A stretch of DNA of 63,278 nucleotides, filler included, from Basidiobolus ranarum (GCA_040143965.1; 11 parts of 11 records of this genome joined end to end with filler, not necessarily neighbours in it); one strand, 5' to 3'; numbered from the whole stretch's first letter, positions 39,999 to 51,816 are shown. The notes: generated from the letters alone by a model not told the origin. A program made the numbers and translations.

Positions 39999-40323
39999 TG
40001 TTAAAGTATTTGGGAGCCAGTTGGAAGTGGCTTGGAGAATTAGAGGAATTGGTGGTTTTCACTTATTGATTTATTGAGTAGAAAGTTGACATTTATAGTT
40101 TTGTCAAGATGTAAGCAAACTAGCGTGTAGAATACGTTAAGGAAGGTCCCAGGAACATGTGTGCAAAGTTTGGGGCTTCTAGCACAAGTTTGAAAAAATC
40201 TATCTATCTGAGAACTTCTAAGTTGGTGTCAATATTCTAAGTAAACTCCAATTGAGAATAATTGATAATATCTTAGTGAGTTATAAGATAACTAAGTACT
40301 AAGCTATATATGACTATATAGGT
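39999..40323 (-). repeat. Copia family B LTR, truncated by contig end
   Basis: TGTTAAAGTATTTGGGAGCC...GGAAGGTCCCAGGAACATGTGTGC...CTAAGCTATATATGACTATATAGGT. Confidence 0.92.
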
Positions 40324-40423
40324 NNNNNNNNNNNNNNNNNNNNNNNNNNNNNNNNNNNNNNNNNNNNTTAATTAATTAANNNNNNNNNNNNNNNNNNNNN
40401 NNNNNNNNNNNNNNNNNNNNNNN

Positions 40424-40948
40424 AAGGACCATTGTGTAGTTCGTTGTAAATCCCAATGCCTCAACTACCGTGAGCCCATAGTTCATCCTAAATCACCTGC
40501 TTATGTGAAATCGACCATCAAGCCTTCTACAACCAAATGCACTAAGACCACGACCATGGCAAAGACCACTACCTCGCAATATACTACCAAAGGCACATCC
40601 AGTGTATCTACTAGCAAAGTGATGACTTCCACATCCTCAACAACCGCAACTACCTCATCAATAGGTACAACTACTCCCTCTACGACAACTTTAAGTGCAT
40701 CTACCGCCACTACTTCTGCCACAACTTCAAGCGCATCTACCACTACTACGGATTCAAGCGTTTCTACCACTTCAACCTCTACTCAGACAGCAACTGCTCC
40801 CATTCAAACTGTCGTGTCTACTGATACCCGGTGCGGGCATATAGATGATGTGGCGGTCATCTGTCCACCAGGTATTTGTTGCTCTATATTCGGGTGGTGT
40901 GGAGCAACTTCTGAATGGTGTGACCGATTGTATGACTTCAATCGCTAA
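40424..40948 (+). CDS. Chitin-binding (hevein/CBM18) protein with a Ser/Thr-rich linker; 5' truncated
   Basis: Open from the contig start: KDHCVVRCKSQC (end of a hevein domain), about 100 aa of S/T linker, then RCG...CPPGICCSIFGWCGATSEWC. Confidence 0.85.
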   Translation, partial: KDHCVVRCKSQCLNYREPIVHPKSPAYVKSTIKPSTTKCTKTTTMAKTTTSQYTTKGTSSVSTSKVMTSTSSTTATTSSIGTTTPSTTTLSASTATTSATTSSASTTTTDSSVSTTSTSTQTATAPIQTVVSTDTRCGHIDDVAVICPPGICCSIFGWCGATSEWCDRLYDFNR

Positions 40949-42456
40949 CTTTTCTTTTTTATTCAATCTGTATATGATACGTATTTTAACTTCTTTTATG
41001 ATGTTATAATTTGATTAAAGTCAGATATTTACTCACTATATTATTGATTAGATATTTTGTATGGATCCAGGATTTTTTAGAATCAAATGACACATTCTCT
41101 GCAAAATGTCGATAATATCAAGACGAAGAGAGAATGTATAATATCAGAGGGAAATGGGAATTTTGCAGTGTTTTGTGGGTCAGAATAATGATAATGAAAT
41201 TCGATAGCAACCCACATTAATAGGACTTAAAATGGTGTGGGAATTCGGAAGTATTACCCGTTGTCAAACCCATGCAAACGGTTCCAGAGATGTTTATCAT
41301 TATAAGCCACGTACTCTATTGGTACCTCCAAATGTGGTGATATTCATTACCTTGCTGATGGTGACTGAATCACAAATATACTGTGAACAACTATAGCATC
41401 CTGACCATAACACAACACATCACTGGAGAATCAATTCGCACCATTACTTTGCACCATTACTTCGCACGTAATAATACGTGGTTCTGGATGCAGTTGAAAC
41501 CGATGTGAATCAGTGTCCATACCGATCAAGTAATGTTACATACCACGTATAATGCAGCCATATTCGAAAAATACAAAAACCATCTCGAATTTAGAAGAGG
41601 AACCAACTTAATGACCACTCTGATCGAAAAACGAGTAGGTAGACGTTGCATGGGCATGGATGAAACCTACACAAAGAACTAGATGCCACAGTTATCTCAT
41701 CGTATGGCACCCATAGGATGGCACGAATGATTCACCTACATTGTGATCTTACAAATGAACCTACAATTGCAAGTTAGAATCCGGTAATTGGACTACAAAC
41801 CTTGGACCACAAACCGCTGAGCCATTCCCACCTTCTAAATCAGCTTGAATAAGTAAGTCTCGAGTGAGAGTGTCGGCTTACAACTGAACAGGTAAGCATA
41901 CCAGTAACTGAGGTGACTATACCAATAAGATGCTTGTGCAAGGCCAGTTTTGGGGAATTGAATTCTTGGGAGGGTGAGGGGGTGAGGAGAGGATTTGATC
42001 TTTTTAGTGCAGTGTCAAATTTCACTACCACGCATTGTTTATTGACCCAGATAATGATCGATCAATATGATTCCTACCGATTCACACAATCTGATCTTAT
42101 CATATCAGTAGGCTGATATCAAGTGACTGGTATCAAGTGATTGGTATTCTAACCTATTGGGGCGGGAACTGTGCTACAGCATCTACTACTTCGAGATCAT
42201 TCTCACTCTACATCACTGTTTCACTTGCTTCCTGGCACAGATAACTTTCAGTAATCAAATGTCAAGTGTAACCAACTTACTCTAAAGTAGTAATCAATTG
42301 TTACTCCAACCGGTTTCTCGATATTAAAAGGGTAACCTCCCAATATTGGGACTATCAAGAATTTAGGTTTAGTTTTCGTATAAAAGTTGGACCATCCCAA
42401 GAGAATATCGACAGTATTGGTCTCTAATACATATCCCTCATTCATTGTTTTCCGTT

Positions 42457-44139
42457 ATGACAGTTGACAATACTATCGAAACACACGAGGTTTCGAAGAG
42501 TACCGATTCTCATCCCACCTCGTTCTTGCCAGTTAGTGCTAATGACACTTATCCTGAAGAGAAGAAAGAGGTTGACAACTCTGTAGATGAGCAAAACCCC
42601 AACTTTTATCGTCGCTACCGCCTTTGGTTCCATCTCCTTGCCCTCGTAATCGTAACTGGGCTGATGGTGGCTGCCTGGGTGTTGCACGGAAAAGATACTT
42701 TAGTTCTTTCTCTGTTGTGGGCCTTTGTTTCTCTCAAGTTGATATTTTATCATGTTACCACTAGAATTCTTTCTAAGCCTTTAGGACTGTTCTTTGGTAC
42801 TATTATCAAGGTAGTTTTACTCATCCCTGAGAAAATTCGTCTCATTTTAGGGGTATTGGTACCAGTGGCTTTCATCGTGGCTGTAACTCTTGCCCTTCCT
42901 ACTCAAGAAGGTCACAGCTCTCGCATGGATAGATTAAGATCTCTTCTGGGCCTTGTTGTTTTTATTATCATTCTGTTCGCTACATCCAACAACCGTAAAC
43001 TTATCCCCTGGAGAACTGTCGTTGTTGGTGTTTTATTGCAATTCCTTCTTGGTTTGTTCATTCTCAAGACTACGGTTGGATATGATATTTTCAGTTGGTT
43101 GTCCAACATGTGCTCCACTCTGTTGCAGTTCTCCAAGGCCGGTTTATCCTTTGTCACCAACAATGATATTGCCAACATTGGTATTTTCGTTTTTACCGTT
43201 TTACCAGCTGTAATTTTCTTCGCGGCTATTGTAAAGATCGTGTACTACTTTGGTGGTATGCAATGGATTGTGCGTAAATTTGCCTGGTTAATGGTTAGAC
43301 TTATGGGTACCAGTGGTGCTGAGTCAGTTGTAGCTGCAGCCTCACCATTCGTTGGTATGGGAGAATCCTCATTGCTTATTTTACCATTCTTGGAGACATT
43401 GACTCGTAGTGAACTCCATTCCGCCATGACATCCGGTTTTGCCACTATTTCAGGATCCGTATTGGTTGCCTTCATTTCTATGAAAGTCGACGCTCAAACC
43501 CTGATCACCTCATGTGTCATGTCAGTTCCTTGTGGCCTGGCCATCTCCAAGATGCGTTACCCCGAAACTGGAGAGCCAGTTACCAAGGGTCAAGTACGTA
43601 TCCCTGATAGTGAAGATAAAGAAGCCAATTTCTTGCATGCTGCATCCAACGGAGCTGCCCAGGGTATTCACCTAGCATTATTGATTCTTGCTACGGTTTT
43701 ATCGTTCATCTCACTTCTTGCTCTTATCAACTCCTTCCTTACATGGTTAGGAAACTTCTATAATATCGAGCAACTTACACTCGAGTTGATTGTAGGCTAC
43801 GTCTTCTATCCTTTCATGTGGTTGGTAGGTATTCCCAACACTGATATGTTGACCGTTGCTCGTTTGATGGCTACCAAAATGTTTGTCAATGAATTTGCGG
43901 CATTTGCCCAACTTGCTGACTTGACCACAAAAGGTACTCTTTTGCCAAGAACTTCCTCATTGGCTATATACTGTCTTTGTGGTTTCGCCAACTTCGGATC
44001 TATCGGTATCCAAATTGGTGCACTTGGTGCCATGGCACCATCTCGTAAGAAGGATCTAGCTGAGCTTGCTTTCTCAGCCATGTTGTGTGGTACCATGTCA
44101 ACTCTTATGAGCGCTACTATTGCTGGCATGTTACTTTAA
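42457..44139 (+). CDS. CNT: Concentrative nucleoside transporter (CNT/SLC28 family), intronless, 560 aa
   Basis: Hydrophobic ORF with LPAVIFF, SGAESVVAAASPFVGMGE, MTSGFATISGS, KMFVNEF and LCGFANFGSIGIQIG. First ATG at 42457. Confidence 0.96.
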   Translation: MTVDNTIETHEVSKSTDSHPTSFLPVSANDTYPEEKKEVDNSVDEQNPNFYRRYRLWFHLLALVIVTGLMVAAWVLHGKDTLVLSLLWAFVSLKLIFYHVTTRILSKPLGLFFGTIIKVVLLIPEKIRLILGVLVPVAFIVAVTLALPTQEGHSSRMDRLRSLLGLVVFIIILFATSNNRKLIPWRTVVVGVLLQFLLGLFILKTTVGYDIFSWLSNMCSTLLQFSKAGLSFVTNNDIANIGIFVFTVLPAVIFFAAIVKIVYYFGGMQWIVRKFAWLMVRLMGTSGAESVVAAASPFVGMGESSLLILPFLETLTRSELHSAMTSGFATISGSVLVAFISMKVDAQTLITSCVMSVPCGLAISKMRYPETGEPVTKGQVRIPDSEDKEANFLHAASNGAAQGIHLALLILATVLSFISLLALINSFLTWLGNFYNIEQLTLELIVGYVFYPFMWLVGIPNTDMLTVARLMATKMFVNEFAAFAQLADLTTKGTLLPRTSSLAIYCLCGFANFGSIGIQIGALGAMAPSRKKDLAELAFSAMLCGTMSTLMSATIAGMLL

Positions 44140-45217
44140 TAACATTATTCAACACTTAATAATATCCAATCCAACATAATTTTGTCGAAGGAAAGTTCAT
44201 TTTAAATCTTCTCCACCCACCCCCACCCCCATTGAATCAAACCTCTAATATATTACATTTTCTTATTTTTGAAATGGAATAGAATTGATCGCTATTTATT
44301 TGTACAGGATTATTCTTCGAAGTTTCTATGCCAACATAATAAACTTTCATAACGATATGACTGTATGACCATTACAGATGTGTATCAGTTCACATCCAAT
44401 AAATCCCCAAATATTCCACTGCAAATGTAACATCTGCTCACATCTGTATTCGCATGGTATCTGGTTAGATGCTGTGTAACCCGAAATAATATGCACATAG
44501 TGTTAACTCCCCTGCCCTCCCTCTTTCTCACAACCATATCATTGGACCGAGTGATGGATATAGTCCCGAGTTAAATTCCCGTAAAATCACCTATTCGCGT
44601 GGGAGGGTTATGGAACGGAACGGAATAGAATAGAATTATCATTAAGGGTTAATGAGGATTTCTGGTAACACTTTTGAACAAAAGGAGAAGTGTCACGATT
44701 TAGTTTCTCTATCTCCCCGCTTATCTTCTTTTGTGCGCCAGTAGAAAAAAGCAGTTAGATGTTCACTTGGGACTCGCTTCTTCCAGGTAAAAGTGAATTA
44801 TTTCCATGTATTGAGATACTTTGACCGAATAATCCAGCTCTTTCTTGTACATGGGAATATCCCAATTATTGAAACTTTCTTTCTAAATTGGTGCAATGAA
44901 TTCAATGAAGATCGATCCGTGAATAGGGGTAACATTCCCCCATGTCAATTGATCACTACCTGATGATTGATCGATGGTTGGTTTTAACAAAGGGAGTTTG
45001 CATAGAAATCTTCCGCATGTACATGAATGTATTCATCAACGAATTAAGGTGTTGAACGACGATCATACCTCACCTATAACATGCTCAACACCTCCTTGAG
45101 ATTGACATTAGTATGTAAGAGTGAATGCAGGTGGAAATGTGGAGAAAAGGCCCTTTTACAAAAGAGAAAGGACAGTCGATGAGCTCTTTCACTTTCTTAC
45201 TTTCTTAATCTTATACC

Positions 45218-45920
45218 ATGGAGACAAAGACCGTAAACTTGTCGCCACCAGCGTTTGAAATTCGCTTTGATAACTCGGTAAACTGATATTTGTTAAAGTA
45301 TGAATGATCAACCAACCACTAACCTCCTCCACTCACAGTGCCCTAAAGTGGAATTAATTGACTCCAAATCTAAAGCCTCACAAATCCCACCACCTTTTAG
45401 AAAACGAGATAAGATACGATCCTCTTTCGAATATTCTCATCAACAGACTGAATCAACCCCCGTAACCTCAACCTTGAATATGGAAGGTGGGCCCCATTCT
45501 GACTCGCTACCGCCACGACTAGACAGTCGACAAAAGAACACAGTTGATTTTGATGATGTGGTCATTCCAACCGTGTATAAACGGCTGAAAATGAATCAAA
45601 ATATTACCGATAAGGTTCACTTGGATATTGCTGAGCAATGGTATTCGGATCACGATACGGTTCACATAAAGCCAGGTCATTCACCCGAGTTAGAGAATAA
45701 CGGATTGGTAAAAATGCAGTTGATAATCTGAATTCTTCACATATATTCATGTTCTTTTGATAATATAGGGCTTTGTTTCGTATGATATGACTTCTGCCAA
45801 GGTATTTCCTATTGACAGTTTTATTCCTCAGAGAATCCTTTTAATTCTTATAATTACCAGGACTTGGCCCACACAGAGAAGTCCCCAAAAGATAAAAGGG
45901 CCTGTTGTATCATTCTTTAA
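45218..45920 (+). CDS. Hypothetical 4-exon protein ending in a CaaX motif (DKRACCIIL)
   Basis: Exons 45218-45277, 45339-45707, 45769-45801 and 45861-45920 are joined in frame by three phase-0 GT-AG introns, giving 173 aa. Internal motif VDFDDVVIPTVYKRLK. Confidence 0.75.
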
Positions 45921-46387
45921 CTGTACTCTTGCTCAGCTTGAATGTTGTTGATGTTTCTTAGAGTTCAATGTTGTTGGTGTTTCTTAATGGCCATACAGTT
46001 CAAAGTTGTTGGTGTATATATTTATTAAATTGGAACTGGTTTTTGTATGAACTTAACCTATAATGTATTCTTNNNNNNNNNNNNNNNNNNNNNNNNNNNN
46101 NNNNNNNNNNNNNNNNTTAATTAATTAANNNNNNNNNNNNNNNNNNNNNNNNNNNNNNNNNNNNNNNNNNNNAGGCACTTTGTTCTTTTTTAACCTGGAG
46201 TAAAACATCAGTTTCAGATAGTTTTGCATTCTTTTCTTCTCCTACAACAGTGTCCCAAAGTCTTTTTTCTTGCAGCAGCATTTTGATTTTAATTTTCCAA
46301 ACTTGATAATTGGCTCCATTCAATTTTTCAGAAGAGGGAAAAGTTCCATAAATTTGAGAAGTAGATATTACAGAGAGTGCAAGCTTG

Positions 46388-46399
46388 GGGCTCATAACC
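46388..46399 (-). promoter_or_regulatory. Primer-binding site GGTTATGAGCCC, complementary to the anticodon arm of initiator tRNA-Met
   Basis: Directly abuts the LTR end. The plus strand reads GGGCTCATAACC, the tRNAiMet anticodon stem-loop sequence. Variants at about 1927, 6914, 9005, 10320, 16246 and 60598. Confidence 0.85.
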
Positions 46400-46686
46400 T
46401 GTTAAAGTATTTGGGAGCCTGTTGGAAGTGGGTTGGAGAATTAGAGAAATTGGTGGTTTTCACTTATTGCTTTATTGAGTAGAAAGTTTACATTTATAGT
46501 TTTGTAAAGATGTAAGCAAACTAATGTGTGGAATGTGTTGAGGAAGGCTCCAGGAACATGTGTGTAAAGTTTGGGGTTTCTAGCACAAGTTATCAAAATC
46601 TATATATCTCAGAACTTCTAAGTAAGTTCCAATTGAGAATAATGGGTAATATCATAGTTAAATATAAGAAAACTAAATACTAAGCT

Positions 46687-46868
46687 AGACTTGTTCCATT
46701 GTGCCAGGATTTATCAGACCTTGGATCAATATATTACAATAAGTGTGATTGAAATTTATCATGCCAGAGGGTTCTGGACAGTGCCAAATTGTGCTGCATA
46801 AATTTTAGAATATGTTATCCAATATGATATATACAGCACAATCTGGCACTATCACAGAGAACGAGTCC
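46687..46868. mobile_element. MITE, 182 bp, inserted in a family B LTR, 3-bp TSD GCT
   Basis: TAAGCT|AGACTTGTTCCATTGTG...CACAGAGAACGAGTCC|GCTATA. Other LTR copies show the empty site TAAGCTATA. Confidence 0.9.
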
Positions 46869-47260
46869 GCTATATAGGACTATATAGGTGTTTAGGCAAT
46901 GCTAATTTCAACACAAATCACTTCCAACACGCTCCCAAAATACTTCAACAGCATTACATAAAACAATAATAAAATGTCTGAAAAGCTGTGTTCAAGGATG
47001 TATTTCATGGCTAATACAGTCTTCACAACAGTTTTGTGACTACAACGTTGTGAGTTACACTTAAACATAGTTTATTGCTACATTACAAGCTATCATAAAT
47101 CTCTACCAATATTATGATTCAATGGTTGAAAGAGTAAAAGGACTCTGTAGTGCGAAAGACCGAACCAACCATCATAATAGAGTTTCAATAACCTTATTAA
47201 GCAAAGCCTTGATTAACGTTCACTAGGAAGCGATATAAGCTATGGTGAATCGAGAATTCA

Positions 47261-47972
47261 TCAAGGAGTCTTTGACCTCTGTTTACGATAAGCATCCATT
47301 TGTTCAGGAAAAGTTTGATTCAATTCATTTTCTAAAATACCACGGAAATCCTAGTTTGAAAGAAGAGATATTAGCTAAAGGTAAAGATAGATAGCTCCGA
47401 AGAAATGAAGTGCATAATTTCTTGTTAAATAATGAATCACCTTCATAGCTTCTATTTTACCGTTGGTGAAATGACTTTCTGCCGCTAACCGTTCAACATA
47501 TTCACGTGTGAAAAGATCCGGGTTTTTACCATCTTCTATGAAACTATTTGGGTTGGATTCAGTTCGGTTGAGAAAGATAGAGTTGGGTTTAAAAAGGTGA
47601 TGTTTGAGTTTTCTTATGTATGTGGAAGTTAACAGAAAGAACCATTCTTTACCTGAGAACATCGAAAGGGACTTGAATATCAATGGAGTCCTTTAACTCA
47701 TTTAACTGGGAGTATGAGTTGACCAGATCACCACTAAGATAGATATAAAGGGTTAGCTTCCTTTCCGGTATCTTTCTTGACCCTCCAAATATCGTAGCAA
47801 TAGAGTTTGCTTACATTCTTTGATTCAATAAATCCCCACTTTCAGCTTGAAAATCGTAAGCAGTTATTCCGATCTCCAATAAAGATTCTACAAGCTCTTT
47901 CAATCTTAATTCTAAGCCTTTTCTACTTTGTTCTTGTTCCTCATTGTTGTGTACCGTTTCCGAAGAAGCCAT
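47261..47972 (-). CDS. MED10: Mediator subunit Med10/Nut2, multi-exon
   Basis: ATG at 47972 (MASSET...LVESLLEIGITAYDFQ), IEDGKNPDLFTREYVER, and a last exon DFRGILENELNQTFPE...*. Confidence 0.92.
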
Positions 47973-48203
47973 GATTTTTTTTTTGGTTTTAATAGAGTTT
48001 AAATAAGACTAATAGAGATAAATGTAATGGATATTGTATACAAATTCTTCATCCCTTTTGAATCTTCCTTATTTTCGACCAATAATCTGAGTGATATTTA
48101 ATTAAATTCAAAAAAATGAAAAACACTCTCCATTCTACGTAAGTCAGTAGTAGTTTTACACTTGTAGATCTTGAAATCACTCCAATCAAAATCAATCAGA
48201 TTG

Positions 48204-48333
48204 TTAAACGCTATTTATTTATTCATTCTTTAAACGCTATTTATTTATTCATTCTTTAAACGCTATTTATTTATTCATTCTTTAAACGCTATTTATTTAT
48301 TCATTCTTTAAACGCTCTTTATTTATTCATTCT
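48204..48333. repeat. 26-bp tandem repeat x5 (TTAAACGCTATTTATTTATTCATTCT)
   Basis: Four identical units and a fifth with one substitution, 23 bp past the SDR stop codon. Confidence 0.97.
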
Positions 48334-48356
48334 TTTATACAGTTCGTCTCGATTAC

Positions 48357-49353
48357 TTAACCATTGACAACAGTGCCACCATTGGGATGGAGCACTTGAC
48401 CAGTTATGTAACTAGAGTCGCTACTAGCTAGGAATACATAGGAGGTAGCAATCTCCGATGGTTGACCGGCACGGCCCATAGGTACTTCCTTACCAAAGGT
48501 CTCCATATCCTCTTCACTAAATGAAGCTGGAATCAATGGGGTCCAGATAGGGCCAGGGGCTACACCATTGACACGAATGCCCTTAGATGCAAGTTGCTTT
48601 GACAAAGAACGAGTAAAGCTAACAATAGCCCCTTTGGTAGACGAATAGTCCACCAGAATTGGCTTTCCTTGGTAAGCGGTGACTGAGGTACTATTAATAA
48701 TAACACTGCCTTGTTTCATATACTTTAAAGCATGTTTAGCCATAAACATCATACCAAATATATTGGTACGAAAAGTACGTTCAATTTGATCCCCCGGGAT
48801 TTGTGTGAAATCTTCACATACATGTTGTTCAGATGCATTATTCACGAGTATATCGATTTTACCGAATTCTCTATAAACTGTCGAAATGATCTCTTCACAA
48901 TTCTTCTCGTAACCAACATCTTGTGTTAATAGTAAGACTTTACAGTTCGATTGTTCTTCGATACGTTTCTTGGTTTCTTGAGCATCCTCCTCTTCACGAG
49001 GTAGATACACAATGGCAATACCAGTGGCTCCTTCCATAGCATATAATGTGGCTACACTACGTCCGATACCACTATCACCCCCGGTCACAATGGCTACACG
49101 GTTTTGTAATTTACCAGCAGGTCGGTAGGGTAATAGTTCACACGGGTTTTCAGACCCCGATTCAGCTGGCAGCTGATGTACTACCGGTGAGGGATCCATC
49201 TTTGACTGTAATCCTATAAGAGATAACATCTAAATCCCAAATACCATGAAGAGTATAGGACATATCATATTTACCTGGTTGGACTTGTCTTTCCTGGCGA
49301 GGAATATCACTATGGTCCTGAATTTGAGTGGAGCTGGATGATTTATCGCACAT
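48357..49353 (-). CDS. Short-chain dehydrogenase/reductase (YghA/YdaD, glucose-ribitol dehydrogenase-like), 2 exons
   Basis: Exon 49353-49275, intron 49274-49214, exon 49213-48357. Motifs TGGDSGIG, NNA, YSSTK, VAPGPIWTPL and GRAGQPSE. Confidence 0.95.
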
Positions 49354-50154
49354 ATCGAGAGAGAAATAAAGCAATGAGAAGTATGAGGTTAAGAGATGAA
49401 AGATTGGTTCACTCTTATATATAAGCGTAATTAGCATACAAGTATCTTATTACGATGAAAGAAATAAAAAGAAAGGAAATCGTCAGATTGAAGTAAGCAC
49501 TGACTGGACATGCTGGAGTATGAATGGTTCGATGTAGTGCCGTGGTATGAATGATTCGATTCAACTGTGACATCAATTTGACGTACTCATTCCATAGCCT
49601 CTCATAATCTAACTACTATGAGAGTCACTAATCCATAGGCAATAACCCTAAGAGAGTAGTCGAGAACCTATTCATGATGAAATCACCTCCACCTACTGTT
49701 CTAAATCTGGATGGATTCTTCCTAAAGTACCAAGCTAGCATTAGATTGATATTTCGTAATATAGACACGATTTAATATACCACGCAAGCCCTTTAACAAT
49801 GACTTACACCTTGGTGCTAGAGTTATCTTGAAGTCCTTTAGTCGAGAGATAAGATTCCGTACCTTCCAACCCTCTTCCATCCATATGATAACACGTTATT
49901 TAACCTATAAAAGATAATTCCAAAGATAAACCGAATCCAATAAAATTGCATAATTCATCCTAGGAAAACCATATGGAGAAGAACTTAGGGATTTCCAATG
50001 AAATGATGAATGATCGCGTTCATATAAATAATTCGCTTCTATCAAAATCGTGCCTAAGAAAATATTGTTCAAGTATTTACTCGATTCATGAAGTAGCTCA
50101 ATTTCTTTATATTAAAAAGTATCCCACAAATAACTAATATAAACTTAATACTGT

Positions 50155-51816
50155 ATGAGTTCCCCCGATAGAATGAACGATCTTTTTGGTTCTGATGAAG
50201 AAGAGGAACGTAATTCGGTCACTTCCGACCAAGAATATTCGCGTAATTCTAATAAAAGTAGAGGAGGAAGTGGTAAAGACCGAGACCGTAGACGTACTCA
50301 AATGAACTCTTCAGATGAAGATTCCGAAAGAGACACTAAAAGAAACTCTCGTTCAGCTAAAAGAGCCGGAGTCTCTTCAAGTGACGAAGAAAATTATAAG
50401 AAACCTCGAAAATCCAACTCTCGTCGTCGTAGTCATTCTAGGGACAATTCTGATAGAGAAACTAACCGAAAGAAAAGTTTGGCAACTGATCTATTTGGAA
50501 GCTCTGAAGAAGAGGAAGAACCTCGAAAACGCTCAGAGTCTAATTTAGACGATATCTTTGGGAGTGACCCTGAATCGGAAGCAGAAGAGAAGAATTCCAG
50601 GAAATCAAGAACTGATCTGGATGGTATGTTCGGTAGTGAGCCCGAAGATGAAGATTTCTCCAATAAAGAAAAAGGAAAGTCAAAGTTGGAGGAGATGTTT
50701 GGAAGTGAACCCGAAGATGACAAGTATGCTTTTAATTATAATATTTTCTTGCGGATACAAACGTAGCTAGAAAGAGCTACAATTTGAATCTTTTTTGGTA
50801 TACAATTGTAGAATGTATTTGTTAAACTAAACCTGCTCATCGATAGTGAACCGGCTAGAGGTCAATCTCCCAAGGGTTCGAAGAGATACCGCGAAGCAGA
50901 AGAAGCTGTAGAACGGATCACGTTTGAATGTCAATTACAGCATATTCCCCACCCTACTAGTGAAGATTCAAAAGTAAGTGTGTATTATGCTTATAATTTG
51001 TAGAACTTGCAAATTTATTCGTTTCATTACATCTATAGCATTATCTCGCAAGACTTCCTAATTTCATGAATACGGAGCTTAAAGCATTCGATCCAGATAC
51101 GTATGAAGAAGATCAACAAGAGGGAACAGAGGAAGAGCGGGCTCAAAAGATTAAACTTCAAGTGGAAAATACTATCCGTTGGAGATATGCCAAAGATGCT
51201 AACAACGAGATAGTGGTAAGTTTTGCTATATTTTCTGATATGTCATGTAGATTCACCTACGGCTTTGTCTTAATTCGCCTCTCCTGTTGTTTATAGAAAG
51301 AATCGAATGCTAAATTTGTAAAATGGTCGGATGGAACTCTCTCTTTACTGCTTGGAGAGGAACTTTTCGATATCAACACCAAATCAATGGACCACGATAA
51401 CCAATATGTAATCGTTCATCACCCAGTTGAAGGATTATTGGAAACCCAGATACGCTACACCGATACTATGGCTTTCCGACCATCAAGTGTTGCTGGAGCT
51501 ACTCAAAGAAAAATGGTTATGGCCATTGCAGGAAAGCACAAGAAAGTTCAAAGAGCTAAGATGTTTATCACCACTACTGATCCAGAAAAGCAGAAACAAG
51601 AACTTGAAGCCCGAGAGGCTGAAAAGCTTAGAGCTCAGCGTAGACTTGAGTCACAACGTAGGAATAAAGCTTCGCGTTACTCTCAAGGCCTCACTGAGGC
51701 TGATTTGGAAGCTGAATCTGACGAAGAGCGCTCACATACTAAACGCGGCGGTGGTCGTCGTGGTGATTATCAAGATGGGGATGGATTCGTTGTTGACGAT
51801 GATGAAGACGTCGCTG
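50155..51816 (+). CDS. LEO1: Paf1 complex subunit Leo1, multi-exon, 3' truncated
   Basis: Acidic N-terminus with repeated (D/E)xFGS(D/E) motifs, then RLPNF...FDPDTY, KLQVENTIRWR and ESNAKFVKWSDGTLSLLLGEELFD. Confidence 0.93.

Larger units (their letters stand above)
46173..46913 (-). mobile_element. Copia family B 5' end: LTR 46400-46913 (with a MITE insertion), PBS, gag start
   Basis: MSPKLALS...EKLNGANYQVWKIKIKMLLQEKRLWDTV is a copia gag N-terminus, directly after the LTR and PBS. Confidence 0.93.

Noticed and set aside
42442..44129. Antisense ORFs over the CNT gene (similar ones over RSP5, LEO1, the CBM18 gene and the chromo-like gene)
   Set aside because: These are shadow frames of real coding sequence with no independent motifs.
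48204..48333. CRISPR-like array
   Set aside because: The units are contiguous with no spacers, there are no cas genes, and the context is eukaryotic.
48357..49353. SDR as a bacterial HGT
   Set aside because: This subfamily is widespread in fungi and plants and the gene has an intron; nothing in the sequence alone supports transfer.
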